A program made the position numbers and the translations under genes. A DNA stretch of 64,000 nt from a bacterium (GTDB lineage Bacteria > Thermotogota > Thermotogae > Mesoaciditogales > Mesoaciditogaceae): the NCBI GenBank assembly GCA_021800445.1, contig JAJYYZ010000006.1, positions 420-64,419 of the forward strand, in the 5' to 3' direction. This document shows, in pieces, positions 48,068-58,424 of the stretch. Within the stretch, counting starts at the first letter, position 1; the number at the start of each line of letters is the position of its first letter. The notes below the pieces were generated by a model. It worked only from the letters and a program-made list of their open reading frames with translations, made no database searches and was not told the origin of the DNA.

Positions 48068-48620
48068 TTTTTACCACCAAAAACATAGAAAAATGAAATT
48101 ATCTAAATTCATAATTCTAATGGTGGTAATAATCGGCATTGGCTTTTTATCTTACGAATTTATAGATGTATTCATAAACGATCTTTACACCCACGCGATA
48201 TCGGCTGACAGAAATTTACTTGAGAATGTCAGCATACCTCTTTCAATGTCAAAAGGACAGATTCAAAGCAGACTTGATGAAGTTATAAAAAATTACTCAA
48301 ATAACCTGAACATCCAATCTCAGTTACTCCTCAAAATGAAGGATGATTTGAATGAAGTTAACAAATTTCATTCATCAATTGATGTGCTTGATAAGATAAG
48401 CGGACAGTCAACTTTTACCATCTCGGCACTTTCTTACGCGAGTAATTCGGCAACTCTTTTAACTTTTTACCAGATATCGTTCTCCGATGATTCGGCAATT
48501 CTCAATCTTGAACGGCAAATAATTGAAAATTTAGGCTATACTTTTTCGATTTCCTATCCGCAATCTCAAAATTGGTATAAGGCTTCCGAAGAAATCATTT
48601 CAGTAGGAGGTTATAAATGA
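48054..48620 (+). CDS. PilN-like protein
   Basis: MPRVNFY N-terminal INL-like motif, TM and coiled coil; synteny. Confidence 0.65.
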   Translation: MPRVNFYHQKHRKMKLSKFIILMVVIIGIGFLSYEFIDVFINDLYTHAISADRNLLENVSIPLSMSKGQIQSRLDEVIKNYSNNLNIQSQLLLKMKDDLNEVNKFHSSIDVLDKISGQSTFTISALSYASNSATLLTFYQISFSDDSAILNLERQIIENLGYTFSISYPQSQNWYKASEEIISVGGYK

Positions 48621-49094
48621 ATGAACAGACGTATGGCAATCGTCGTAATTTTTTCGGTCATAGTTTTGATAGGCGTGGTTGATTTCATAGAACTACTGTC
48701 TTTTTCTGACACTTTAAACAAAACTGTGAGTTCCATTTCTAAATTTCAGAATCTTTATTCTCAAAATGCCGAAATGAAAAAGCAACTTTCCGAATACGGT
48801 AACCTTCTAAATTCCAAAAACATATCCATTCAAAATTTGAGAAATGCCCTATTGAAAATATCTCCGGATGCGAATTTTAAGATCTCTGGGGATACCATTG
48901 TACTTCAAAGTCCGGTTAAAATAGATCCTTATGAATTTTTGAATTTGATAGGTGCTTACACAAACGTCGCCGTCGTAAAAATAAATTTCAGTTCAAATGT
49001 ACCGATTTTTTACGCATATCAAGGGACAAATTACGGTAATTCTGGCATGAAATACGTTCTTGATAGTTTTGTCGTAACTGTCTATGGAGGATGA
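48621..49094 (+). CDS. PilO-like protein
   Basis: N-terminal TM and coiled coil; synteny only. Confidence 0.5.
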   Translation: MNRRMAIVVIFSVIVLIGVVDFIELLSFSDTLNKTVSSISKFQNLYSQNAEMKKQLSEYGNLLNSKNISIQNLRNALLKISPDANFKISGDTIVLQSPVKIDPYEFLNLIGAYTNVAVVKINFSSNVPIFYAYQGTNYGNSGMKYVLDSFVVTVYGG

Positions 49095-49095
49095 T

Positions 49096-49602
49096 ATGAA
49101 AAACATCGTCGTCGTTATCCTTATAATCTTTATAATTGGGATTTTTGCTTACCTTGGATACGTGCTTTTCTTCCCGAAAAATCAAAGTTATAGATCTCCC
49201 GCAACTGTGAATTTGACGGCCGAAGTTTCTTCTGTGCTTCAAAAGAAAGTCAACACAGAAAAAGTGAAACCAGTTTCTCTTGATTTAAACGTATTCTCAC
49301 CGCTTGTGATAAAATTAGATCAAACCGCTTTTGAAGAACTCATAAAAAACTTTGATCTTTCTACAATCGTAAATAACAACATATATGTTGTTGGAATGGC
49401 AAAGGGTGTAACTAACATGGTAACGCTTTACATAAGTGGAAATATCACAACATTGAATCTTACCGATAATTCGATTTTTAATTTTCAGGGGAAAATGTAC
49501 CTTGTAACTTATATAGCACCGTCTTTTGGGAGTGTGGTTATTATGGATTTGTCAACGGGAAACCTTTACGTTGTTAATTCAAGAGGTCTTATTTCAAGAT
49601 GA
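49096..49602 (+). CDS. PilP-position hypothetical protein
   Basis: TM anchor; GGAGG RBS; lies before the secretin. Confidence 0.5.
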   Translation: MKNIVVVILIIFIIGIFAYLGYVLFFPKNQSYRSPATVNLTAEVSSVLQKKVNTEKVKPVSLDLNVFSPLVIKLDQTAFEELIKNFDLSTIVNNNIYVVGMAKGVTNMVTLYISGNITTLNLTDNSIFNFQGKMYLVTYIAPSFGSVVIMDLSTGNLYVVNSRGLISR

Positions 49603-49616
49603 AAGGGGATAGATTC

Positions 49617-52427
49617 ATGAAAAAAACAGAAATTATAAGTCTTATTTTGTTGATAGGCTTTATTTCACTTTCCTTTGGATCAACTTTGATAAATATTTCC
49701 TTTTCATCCACGAGTAATGAGATAATTACCGCTTTATCTTTTGATTCTATACCTTCGTGGAATTTTTCAGGCACACTTGGAAATACTTTAAAACTTTCTT
49801 TTCCCGGAAAGATCTCACAGAAATTTTCCGGAAGCATGTCTTGGAATTCCATGAACTTGACATCATCTGCCACAGACGGTACATCGATCTTAACATTTAG
49901 TTTCCCATTCATAGTAAGCGCTTCAACTGCCCAGAGTGGAAATGTTTTGACGATCAAGTTCGTTACATTGGGTCTTTCTCAAAATTTACCTCTTACCGGT
50001 CCATCGTCGAGGATATCGATAGATTTTTCAGGTCAGCAAGGTTCTAACTTCAGTCTCGCCATAAAATATCTTTCAAGAATTCTAAAAAGAAATTTGATAA
50101 TAGATCCTTCAATAGCGAATAATCCGGTTAACATAACGCTCAGTAATGTTACGCCGGCAGAAGCATTTTACGATATCATGATCTCCTCTCCTGGAGTAGG
50201 ATACGCAATTTTGCCAGACGGTACTTACTACATAGCACCTGTTACACAATTGATTCAAAATTTTGGAAAATTGGGAACCGGAACTTACAACAATTTCGTT
50301 AGTTTTTACAATCTTTCGACCACAAACATAAGCGCACAGGATTTCAAAACACTCATCGAAGGCCTTTTTGGTCAAAACAAGATCATAGGAAGCATAGGAT
50401 CTTACCAGATAGTTAACGCAAATGCGGAAGAACAGAAAACGATAGAAAGTCTTATGGATTTCTTGAAAGAGAGTGAAAGTTTTAAAACGATAACATGGGA
50501 CGATCAATCGTCCGTTCAAGACCTTGAGAATTTGATAAACATGATGTATCCCAACACGAAATTCACCTACCTTAAGAGTTTTTCCACCATTGTTTTGAGT
50601 GGAAGCAAAAGTGACATCAATAACGTTTCGGAGATTATTTCCGAGTATCAGAAGATCATTGAAAACAGTGGCCCTCGGATAACGACATCTTTTGTTGTAC
50701 CAAGCCAAAATGTTCAGGCCTTTACCCAATTTGCAAAGCAATTTTCTGGGATAACAGTTTACGGATCTCCGACTTTAGCATCTTCTGAAATTGTTTATCT
50801 TGCAATTGGCCCACAAAATAGAATTTACGATTTTTCAAAATCCGTTGAATCAATAGCAAGTACCCTTGTGAAAGTAACTCCTCAGGTTTTACATTTCAAC
50901 TTCGTTGCCATCTCCAATTCGAATGTCTTTTCGGACCTTTCTAAAGTTATCTCCATCATGTACCCGGATGTTCAAATGACGTATTTACCCACTCTTGGAG
51001 AAGCACTTTTGTATGGACATAATTCTCAAACGGTTGATAGTGCGGCAAAATTCATAGATCAGAAATCATATTCTTCAACATCCACATCGATAACTTCGAT
51101 TGTCACTATTAGAAATTCAGATTACCAAACTGTCAAATCGATCGTTGAGTCAAAAGGTTTAACGATGTTAGGACCTTCAAAACCTTCAACTTCATCGACT
51201 ATCACCACTATTGCAATAGTAGGACCTGATAAGAATGTCAACGATCTTACGGCCTTACTTATGACATCAGGTCTCATTCAGAAAAGTATTCAAAGTTTAT
51301 CATCCAAAGATCAAATCGTTGAAGTTAAAAATGGTTTGATAAACGTGAATGTGAAAGATTACTCTCTTTACAGCGTTATCCAAAAAGTCTACGCTGCTCT
51401 TTCTAAGAATGTCGTTTTCATAGATCAGAACCTTCCAAATGTGACCATGAATTTATCTAACGTAACGCTTGATCAATTCGATCAGGCTGTTGGAAATTCT
51501 TATGGTATATCTTTTTCCGGATCAAGTGTTGTCTTTGTCGATAAAAACACCTCCGGCATAACAAAAGTTTACAACGCCAGTGGGAATGTGGATCAGATAA
51601 TCGCACTTGCGAAATTTTTGGGCGCAAATGTTTACTCCGATCCAAATACGGGTCTTATCGTTGTGAATGGCTTAACACCGTATTCAGAAAAAGCACTCGA
51701 TGATGATGTTCAAAGTCTGCTCAGTTCGAGGAAAAATGTTCAAATAGAGGCCAAGATTTTGGATGTGACTGATAACAACAACGTTAGCAACAGTTTCAAC
51801 ACAAGCGTCGTAACGCCGCAACTCATATTCAACAACGGCCTTACGCTTACGTTCGGCGTTTTAAGTGCCACAAATCCTTCGAATTTGATCTCAAATCTCG
51901 CAAATCAGGTTTTGTCTTCAAACGCAACGATAACGGCGAATCTTTCTCAAACAACCGGCAGCGGATCGGTGCTGTCTACCCCAACTTTGATGACTCAAAG
52001 TGGCGAACCAGCCCAAATTACCGTTGGGGAACAATATCCTTACCTCGTAACGACAGTCGTTAACAGTCAGACAAGCCAGCAACTTCAATTTTTGACAACC
52101 GGAATTCAACTTAGCATATTGCCGGTCGTGCTTCCAAATGGCCAGATATCTTTGACCGTAACCATACAGGTAAGCGATGCCGATTGGGCGCATGCGGTTA
52201 ACGGCGTGCCGGCGGTTGTGACACGAAACGCGAGTGTTAAAGTTGTCATACCAAGTGGTCAAACGCTTATGATAGGTGGGCTTACACAGCAAAACAGATC
52301 TCAAAATGTCACGAAAATACCTTTCTTAGGTGATCTTCCTTTCATAGGTCAATTCTTCACATCGACGACTTTTCAGAATTCGACAGACAATCTTGACATA
52401 CTTATAACGGCTTCGGTGGTGAGGTGA
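49617..52427 (+). CDS. pilQ: Secretin PilQ/GspD with multiple N-terminal repeat domains
   Basis: QIEAKILDV, VLSTPTLMT.SGEPA.I.VG, TGIQL.ILP, GQTLMIGGL and KIPFLGDLPFIGQFF motifs. Confidence 0.95.
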   Translation: MKKTEIISLILLIGFISLSFGSTLINISFSSTSNEIITALSFDSIPSWNFSGTLGNTLKLSFPGKISQKFSGSMSWNSMNLTSSATDGTSILTFSFPFIVSASTAQSGNVLTIKFVTLGLSQNLPLTGPSSRISIDFSGQQGSNFSLAIKYLSRILKRNLIIDPSIANNPVNITLSNVTPAEAFYDIMISSPGVGYAILPDGTYYIAPVTQLIQNFGKLGTGTYNNFVSFYNLSTTNISAQDFKTLIEGLFGQNKIIGSIGSYQIVNANAEEQKTIESLMDFLKESESFKTITWDDQSSVQDLENLINMMYPNTKFTYLKSFSTIVLSGSKSDINNVSEIISEYQKIIENSGPRITTSFVVPSQNVQAFTQFAKQFSGITVYGSPTLASSEIVYLAIGPQNRIYDFSKSVESIASTLVKVTPQVLHFNFVAISNSNVFSDLSKVISIMYPDVQMTYLPTLGEALLYGHNSQTVDSAAKFIDQKSYSSTSTSITSIVTIRNSDYQTVKSIVESKGLTMLGPSKPSTSSTITTIAIVGPDKNVNDLTALLMTSGLIQKSIQSLSSKDQIVEVKNGLINVNVKDYSLYSVIQKVYAALSKNVVFIDQNLPNVTMNLSNVTLDQFDQAVGNSYGISFSGSSVVFVDKNTSGITKVYNASGNVDQIIALAKFLGANVYSDPNTGLIVVNGLTPYSEKALDDDVQSLLSSRKNVQIEAKILDVTDNNNVSNSFNTSVVTPQLIFNNGLTLTFGVLSATNPSNLISNLANQVLSSNATITANLSQTTGSGSVLSTPTLMTQSGEPAQITVGEQYPYLVTTVVNSQTSQQLQFLTTGIQLSILPVVLPNGQISLTVTIQVSDADWAHAVNGVPAVVTRNASVKVVIPSGQTLMIGGLTQQNRSQNVTKIPFLGDLPFIGQFFTSTTFQNSTDNLDILITASVVR

Positions 52428-53252
52428 ATGGATAGAAAACCTATCGCTGCGGGAAGCTTTTATCCGTCGGATCCTGAAGATCTAAGAGATTACATAAGAG
52501 ATCTTTTCACATCTAAAAGAGGGCCCGGAGAATTGCCCGATCCAGATGGATTTAAAAAAAACGTTGGTCTTATAGTGCCACACGCTGGTTACGTCTACTC
52601 TGGCACCACTGCCGCTTACGCGTATTTGGCAGCATCCGAATTTGGCAAACCAGATCTTGTCGTTATAATGGGGCCGAATCACACCGGCTATGGTAAACAA
52701 CTTTCAGTATGGCCAATGGGATCGTGGAAGACTCCGCTTGGAAGTGTCAGCGTCGATGAAAGTGTTGCAAATTCACTTGTTGACACCTTCCATTCATGCG
52801 CTCTCGATTACGAAGCACATATTTTTGAACATTCGATAGAAGTACAAATTCCATTTCTTCAGTTCACACTTGGAACTGGATTCAAGATACTTCCAATTTG
52901 CATGATGGATCAGAGAAAAGACGTGGCGCGTGAACTTGGAAATGCGTTGAGAAAAGTTTTAAGCGGGAAAAGATTTTGGATAGTCGCATCGACAGATTTA
53001 AATCACTACGAAGATCACGAAATGACCCTATACAAAGACAAATTGATAATTAAGGCCGTTGAATCCAATAACATCGCGGAAATTTACGATGCGATAGACA
53101 AAGAAAATGTAACCATGTGTGGCTTTGGTTGCGTAACAACTTTACTATCGACAGAAATAGGAACACCGGAAATTTTAAAACATTCCACAAGTGGAGAAAT
53201 ATCCGAAGATTTCGATCAGGAAGTCGGTTACATGGCCGCATGCGTGTGTTAA
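52428..53252 (+). CDS. Memo1-like / AmmeMemoRadiSam protein B
   Basis: R.P..AGSFYP, IVPHAGYVYSG, GPNH, EHSIEVQIPF, STDLNHY and TMCG motifs. Confidence 0.93.
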   Translation: MDRKPIAAGSFYPSDPEDLRDYIRDLFTSKRGPGELPDPDGFKKNVGLIVPHAGYVYSGTTAAYAYLAASEFGKPDLVVIMGPNHTGYGKQLSVWPMGSWKTPLGSVSVDESVANSLVDTFHSCALDYEAHIFEHSIEVQIPFLQFTLGTGFKILPICMMDQRKDVARELGNALRKVLSGKRFWIVASTDLNHYEDHEMTLYKDKLIIKAVESNNIAEIYDAIDKENVTMCGFGCVTTLLSTEIGTPEILKHSTSGEISEDFDQEVGYMAACVC

Positions 53253-53905
53253 AAGATACGCTGGATTTGTTTTTTCCTAAAACCTGTCCTGTTTGTGGAA
53301 ATGTCATTTCATACGATGAACTGATTTGTTTTCGATGCAGAAACGAAATTCCTCCCGTTGAGATGGAAAATAATCTTAAAGGCAACTGGCATTTCGATGC
53401 TTTTTTCCACAGATCAAAGTACGAAGGCATTATATCTGAACTTATAGGCGCTTACAAATATTCCCAGCATTCATCTTTGGCAACTCTTTTTTCCGAATTG
53501 CTTTCGGAACTTTTTCAAATCTTTCCGCCTCCACCGCATTCCGTCATAACCTCTGTTCCGATAACTTTTGATTCTTTTAAAGTGAAAGGATTCGATCATG
53601 TGAAACTTGTGGCGAAAAAGTTCTCAAAAGAAACAGGGCTGCCATTTTTGAGCATGTTGGAAGTTATAAGCCAAAGAAAACAACAGGTTGGATCCGCAAA
53701 GCATGAACGTCAATCGCTTGTTGAAGGAAAATATGGAGTAAGAAAAGAGACGCTTTACAAAACATCTGGCAACATCATTTTGATAGATGACGTTTTTACA
53801 ACTGGTTCTACCATCAACGAATGCTCAAAGGTACTAAAATTGGCCGGAGCAAAGAGTGTTTTCGTGTACACAATTGCACTGGCTAAAGGCAAAAAATATA
53901 CTTAA
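53240..53905 (+). CDS. comF: ComF family competence protein
   Basis: FFPKTCPVCG...CFRC Zn ribbon; ILIDDVFTTGSTI PRT motif; ATG 53240. Confidence 0.92.
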   Translation: MRVLKDTLDLFFPKTCPVCGNVISYDELICFRCRNEIPPVEMENNLKGNWHFDAFFHRSKYEGIISELIGAYKYSQHSSLATLFSELLSELFQIFPPPPHSVITSVPITFDSFKVKGFDHVKLVAKKFSKETGLPFLSMLEVISQRKQQVGSAKHERQSLVEGKYGVRKETLYKTSGNIILIDDVFTTGSTINECSKVLKLAGAKSVFVYTIALAKGKKYT

Positions 53906-53951
53906 ATATGAATTATCGTTGGCTCAGGCATTCGCCTGCCGGAGTTGATGG

Positions 53952-54103
53952 TATACTGAACCAACTTTAAATTCCGAATCATCGCTGCGGCAGGTGCCCC
54001 ACTCGATGTCTGGTCCTCGCGCTGCAGCGTCGGCCATCTCGGAGGCATCCTGCCCTCCGCTTAAAGTAAATGAGCGTTCGGCTTTTAAAATAAGTTAAGT
54101 ATA
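53952..54103. mobile_element. MITE family 2, complete copy (a short tandem relic may precede it at 53897..53955)
   Basis: TATACTGAACCAACTTTAAATTCCGAAT ... GTTCGGCTTTTAAAATAAGTTAAGTATA; same scaffold as 2279..2470. Confidence 0.75.
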
Positions 54104-54167
54104 AATAAGACAAACAGTCACAAGTAACGCCTGAAAGTCATCGGTAAAGGGCAAAGGTGGAACATTT

Positions 54168-54734
54168 ATGTCTGTCAAAGAAGTAATAGAGCGACTTAAG
54201 GTAAATCCGGTTATTCCTGCGATAAGAAGAAGTGAAGATGTAAAAATAATCTGTCATTTGCAAGACAGGGTTGTTTTTTTGCTTGAAACCTCTCTTAACG
54301 AATATCGCGATCAGATCGATACGCTCAAACAATCTGGTCATAAAGTTTTTGTACATTTGGATCTCATAAAGGGATTAAAAAGCGATCCTGCGGGGTTGGA
54401 TTTCATCTTAAAAGAAAACAAACCTGACGGTATAATAAGCACCCACAAAACCATCCTTGACATTGCCAAAAAATATGGTTTGATCCGGATACACAGGATT
54501 TTCATGATCGACTCTGAGGCGCTAATTAGCGGCCAGCAATTGGTGCAATCGGTGCACCCTGATTTTGTTGAGATCTTACCGGGACTTGCCTTGATTGCCA
54601 TTGAAGAAGATGAATTGAAAAGATTTTCTTTTCCTTTAATTGCAGGCGGGCTTGTCACGACAAAGGCACAGGTCAATGCACTTACGGCACGCGGAGTAGT
54701 GGCCGTCTCGACAAGCAAAAATTTTCTTTGGTGA
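54168..54734 (+). CDS. glpP: Glycerol-3-phosphate-responsive antiterminator
   Basis: PVIPAIR, VHLDLIKGL, DGIIST, VEILPG and LIAGGL motifs. Confidence 0.93.
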   Translation: MSVKEVIERLKVNPVIPAIRRSEDVKIICHLQDRVVFLLETSLNEYRDQIDTLKQSGHKVFVHLDLIKGLKSDPAGLDFILKENKPDGIISTHKTILDIAKKYGLIRIHRIFMIDSEALISGQQLVQSVHPDFVEILPGLALIAIEEDELKRFSFPLIAGGLVTTKAQVNALTARGVVAVSTSKNFLW

Positions 54735-54747
54735 TCTTGCCAATGAA

Positions 54748-54822
54748 TGATATAATTTAAAAAGTACGTACGGCAGAGAATAAGAGAGAGCCACGCACAT
54801 TTTTGTGTGTGGCTTTATTTTT
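54748..54822 (+). promoter_or_regulatory. Extended -10 promoter and GlpP-type leader terminator
   Basis: TGATATAAT (54748-56); GAGAATAAGAGAGAGCCAC purine tract; stem AGCCACGCAC/GTGTGTGGCT plus T tract just before the RBS. Confidence 0.72.
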
Positions 54823-54834
54823 GGAGGTGGTACC

Positions 54835-56208
54835 TTGAAAATAGCCGTCATAGGTGCTGGCGTTGTGGGTTCTCTTATCGCAAGAAACCTTACAAGGTAT
54901 AAAGATGTCGATGTCGAGATATTCGAAAAACTTCCAGATGTTGGCTGGGGAGTGACAAAAGCCAATTCCGGTGTGATTCATGCTGGGTACGATGATGAAC
55001 CGGAAACCGTAAGGGCAAAGTATTGTGCCCATGGAAATGCACTTTACACGAAACTCTCCGAAGAACTCGGCTTTCCTCTTAAAAGGACAGGATCGCTTGT
55101 TGTGGCTTTTAACCAAGAAGACATTAAAATTCTTGAAGAGTTGGTCGATTATGGAAAGAAAAACGGTGTTGAAGGTTTGAAGATACTTTCAAAATACGAA
55201 TCTCTTGAGAAAGAGCCTAACCTTTCAAGAGAAGTTGTTGCATCGTTATGGGCGCCGTCGACAGGCATAGTCGGACCATGGGAAGTTGCACAATCTGTAG
55301 TGGAAAATGCCGTTAAGAATGGGGCAAAGTTGCACCTTTCTACTGAGATAAAATCGCTTAGAGCACTTCCTTTCGATTTTGTCATCAACGCATCGGGTTT
55401 ATGGGCTGATGAACTTGCAAAATCGGCTGGGGTAAAAGTTACGCCCTTACATCCTAGAAAGGGCGAATATATACTTTTGGATCAACCGCAACTCGTTAAA
55501 ACCGTTGTTTTCCCGGTACCTAGCAAGGCTGGAAAAGGCATACTTGTGCTTCCAACGATTCACGACACTTTATTGCTTGGACCCACATCTGAAGATCTTC
55601 CTCCCGATTACAAAGAAAGAACCGAAACGACCATCGAAGGACTTGCAAAAATTGTTGAAAATGCGAGAAAACTTGTTCCTTCCATAAATCTTTCCAAATC
55701 CATAAGAACATTTGCGGGTTTAAGACCTGAAAATGAATTGAAAGATTTCGTCATAGTTAAAGACGATAAAATGGTCAACATCGTGGCCACGAGATCCCCC
55801 GGTTTAACATCTGCTCCGGCAATAGCGGAAGATGTTGCCTTATGGGTCGCTGATATCAAAAAACTCAAATTGAGATCTGATTTTGATCCTTACAGAAAGC
55901 CAATTCCACGGCCTTACGAGATGGAAGACGATGAAAGAAATGCGCTCATAAAGAAAGAACCTGCTTTTGGAAGGGTCATATGCAGGTGTAACAAGGTAAC
56001 AGAAGGTGAAGTTGTCGAGGCCATAAGAAGAGGTGCAAGGACCCTTGACGGTGTTAAGTTAAGAACGACAGCCATGTTTGGGAGATGTCAGGGATCCTTT
56101 TGCACGGTTAACATAATGAAAATAATGAAAAAGGAACTTGGAGAAGAATTCGAAGAGATGGAAAAAAATCTTCTTGGATCCCAAGTTGTGGATGGTGTTT
56201 CAAGATGA
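54835..56208 (+). CDS. FAD-dependent glycerol-3-phosphate dehydrogenase-like subunit with BFD-like [2Fe-2S] domain
   Basis: IGAGVVG, TKANSG.IHAG and SPGLTSAPAIA motifs; ICRC...GRCQG.FC; TTG 54835 after GGAGGT. Confidence 0.88.
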   Translation: MKIAVIGAGVVGSLIARNLTRYKDVDVEIFEKLPDVGWGVTKANSGVIHAGYDDEPETVRAKYCAHGNALYTKLSEELGFPLKRTGSLVVAFNQEDIKILEELVDYGKKNGVEGLKILSKYESLEKEPNLSREVVASLWAPSTGIVGPWEVAQSVVENAVKNGAKLHLSTEIKSLRALPFDFVINASGLWADELAKSAGVKVTPLHPRKGEYILLDQPQLVKTVVFPVPSKAGKGILVLPTIHDTLLLGPTSEDLPPDYKERTETTIEGLAKIVENARKLVPSINLSKSIRTFAGLRPENELKDFVIVKDDKMVNIVATRSPGLTSAPAIAEDVALWVADIKKLKLRSDFDPYRKPIPRPYEMEDDERNALIKKEPAFGRVICRCNKVTEGEVVEAIRRGARTLDGVKLRTTAMFGRCQGSFCTVNIMKIMKKELGEEFEEMEKNLLGSQVVDGVSR

Positions 56209-57425
56209 AGATGAAATATGATGTCGTTGTACTTGGAGGAGGAGCCGCCGGAATGGGAGCCGTTTTGGGTGCAAAAGAAAATGGTGCATCTGTACTTTTG
56301 ATAGAGCGTGAAGCATCCACCGGTGGGGTACTTAACCAATGCATACACACAGGCTTCGGTTTGCATGTATTCAAAACGGAATTGACAGGACCGGAATATC
56401 ATGAGATTTATAAAGATAAAATGGGTAATTTCGACGCACTTTACGAAACCATGGTTTTGTCCATAGATTTCGATAACGACAGAATGAAAGCGATGAATTC
56501 TGACGGCATTCACGATATAGAATACGAGGCACTTGTGCTTGCAACGGGAGCACGTGAAAGACCGTTTGAATCTTTAAGAATTCCCGGTACGAGACCGGCA
56601 GGCATTTTCACGGCGGGTCTTGCGCAAAAATTCGTGAATCTTGAGAATCATCTCCCGGGTCACAGGGCTATAATAGTTGGATCGGGAGACATAGGAATGA
56701 TAATGGCGAGAAGGCTGACACTTGAAGGCGTTGAGATCGAGGGTGTTTACGAGATAATGCCTTATCCCGGAGGTCTTACGAGAAATATAGCGCAATGTTT
56801 GGAAGATTTCAACATACCATTGCATCTTTCTACGAGTGTCATAAAAATTCACGGTAAAAGGAGGCTTGAAGGTGTAACGGTTTCAAAATTTGAAAATGGC
56901 GTTCCTTTAAAAGAATCAGAGAGATTCGTTGAATGTGATACACTCGTGGCCTCTGTCGGGTTGATACCGGAAAACGATCTTGTCAAGAGAAAAATAGAAA
57001 TGGGTAGCGATGAAGGTATATTCGTTGATGATCTCATGAGGACAAATTATGAAAATGTGTTTGCCTGCGGAAATAACGTCTGTATCCACGATCTCGTTGA
57101 TTTCGCAACGGTAGAAGGAGAAATGGCAGGACGAAATGCAGCGGTGATTGCCAAAGGAGGAAGTTTGCCGCCGAGAATTGGCTTTTTGTCTCCCAAAGAA
57201 GGTATAAGGATTGTGAGTGCGAGATACACAACGGCGACGGCACCTTTCAAAATTTACATACGCGTTGACAGGCCTATGGAAATAGCAACCGTGAATGTTA
57301 ACGGTAAGGCTATAAAGGCTGCCGTTAACGCGAAGCCGAGTGAAATGATAGAAGTAACGCTTGATCCTAAAAAACATGATTTGAAGGGTAAAGTTGAATT
57401 ATCGGCAAAAGGGGTGAAACGATGA
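56205..57425 (+). CDS. NAD(P)/FAD-dependent oxidoreductase (partner subunit)
   Basis: GGGAAG, GGVLNQCIHTGFG, ATGARER and VGSGDIG motifs. Confidence 0.9.
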   Translation: MKMKYDVVVLGGGAAGMGAVLGAKENGASVLLIEREASTGGVLNQCIHTGFGLHVFKTELTGPEYHEIYKDKMGNFDALYETMVLSIDFDNDRMKAMNSDGIHDIEYEALVLATGARERPFESLRIPGTRPAGIFTAGLAQKFVNLENHLPGHRAIIVGSGDIGMIMARRLTLEGVEIEGVYEIMPYPGGLTRNIAQCLEDFNIPLHLSTSVIKIHGKRRLEGVTVSKFENGVPLKESERFVECDTLVASVGLIPENDLVKRKIEMGSDEGIFVDDLMRTNYENVFACGNNVCIHDLVDFATVEGEMAGRNAAVIAKGGSLPPRIGFLSPKEGIRIVSARYTTATAPFKIYIRVDRPMEIATVNVNGKAIKAAVNAKPSEMIEVTLDPKKHDLKGKVELSAKGVKR

Positions 57426-57793
57426 GAACGGTTGAAATGACCTGCATAGTTTGCCCGATAGGATGTGATCTTAAAGTTACCTTAGACGATGAAGGACATT
57501 TTGTATCTGTCAAGGGAAACAGATGCCCAAAAGGAGAGATATACGCACGTGATGAAGTGGTTGATCCTAAAAGAATTCTGACCTCAAGCGTTAAAGTTGT
57601 TGGCGGTAAAATGCCACTTGTTTCGGTTAAAACGAACAAAACAATTCCCAAAAGACTTATAAGGGATACGATGTCAATCATCAAATCAAAGAAGGTTAAG
57701 GCTCCCGTAAAAATTGGAGATGTAATCGTTGAAAATATCCTTAACACCGGATCAAATGTTGTGGCAACAAGAACAGTCAAAAGTGACGAGTGA
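57422..57793 (+). CDS. DUF1667 family protein
   Basis: CIVCPIGC...GNRCPKG; P.RILTSSV. Confidence 0.9.
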   Translation: MRTVEMTCIVCPIGCDLKVTLDDEGHFVSVKGNRCPKGEIYARDEVVDPKRILTSSVKVVGGKMPLVSVKTNKTIPKRLIRDTMSIIKSKKVKAPVKIGDVIVENILNTGSNVVATRTVKSDE

Positions 57794-57862
57794 AGATCGA
57801 TTGACGCAAGTGATAATGCGCCTGCGGGGGTCGAAGAAATTACCCGATTGCAAAAGAACGTC

Positions 57863-57922
57863 TTGACAGACATTTTGATTCATGGTAGAATATGTTTGAT
57901 TCGAGGGCTGAAGCCCTCGAAT
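57863..57922 (+). promoter_or_regulatory. Sigma70 promoter and rimP-leader hairpin
   Basis: TTGACA (57863), 17 nt, TAGAAT (57886); ATTCGAGGGC-TGAA-GCCCTCGAAT hairpin matches the known GGGC/GCCC rimP leader. Confidence 0.8.
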
Positions 57923-57942
57923 TTGTTTTCACAATTTGAGAG

Positions 57943-58410
57943 GTGTTTATTTTGGAAACTGTTGATACCATACGCAAGATCGCCGATGATGTTGCCAAAC
58001 GGATGAAACTCGAGATATTCGATGTTAATTTTAGAAAACAAAAGGGTAGGTTTGTGCTCAACATCGTGATAGATGATCCAATGGATTACATCAGTGTGGA
58101 ACAATGTGAGAAATTTTCAAGGGAGATAAATCCAATTTTGGATGCCGAAAGCGATATAGAAAATTACATTTTAGAAGTTTCTTCTCCTGGTCTTGACAGA
58201 CCATTGAGAAGGATAGAAGACTTTGAAAGATTCAAAGGAAAACTTGCAAAGATAAGATTCGTCGATGAAGGCGGTAAAAACGTTTCGGTCATAGGCAGGA
58301 TAAATGGTTGCGATATTGATACGGATACCTTTTCGATAGAGATCGAAGGGAACACAAAATCTTATGAATTTTCAAAAATAATTTCGGCTAATCTTGTAGT
58401 TGAATTTTAA
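57943..58410 (+). CDS. rimP: Ribosome maturation factor RimP
   Basis: LEVSSPGLDRPL motif. Confidence 0.95.
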   Translation: MFILETVDTIRKIADDVAKRMKLEIFDVNFRKQKGRFVLNIVIDDPMDYISVEQCEKFSREINPILDAESDIENYILEVSSPGLDRPLRRIEDFERFKGKLAKIRFVDEGGKNVSVIGRINGCDIDTDTFSIEIEGNTKSYEFSKIISANLVVEF

Positions 58411-58424
58411 GGAGGACATAAAGT

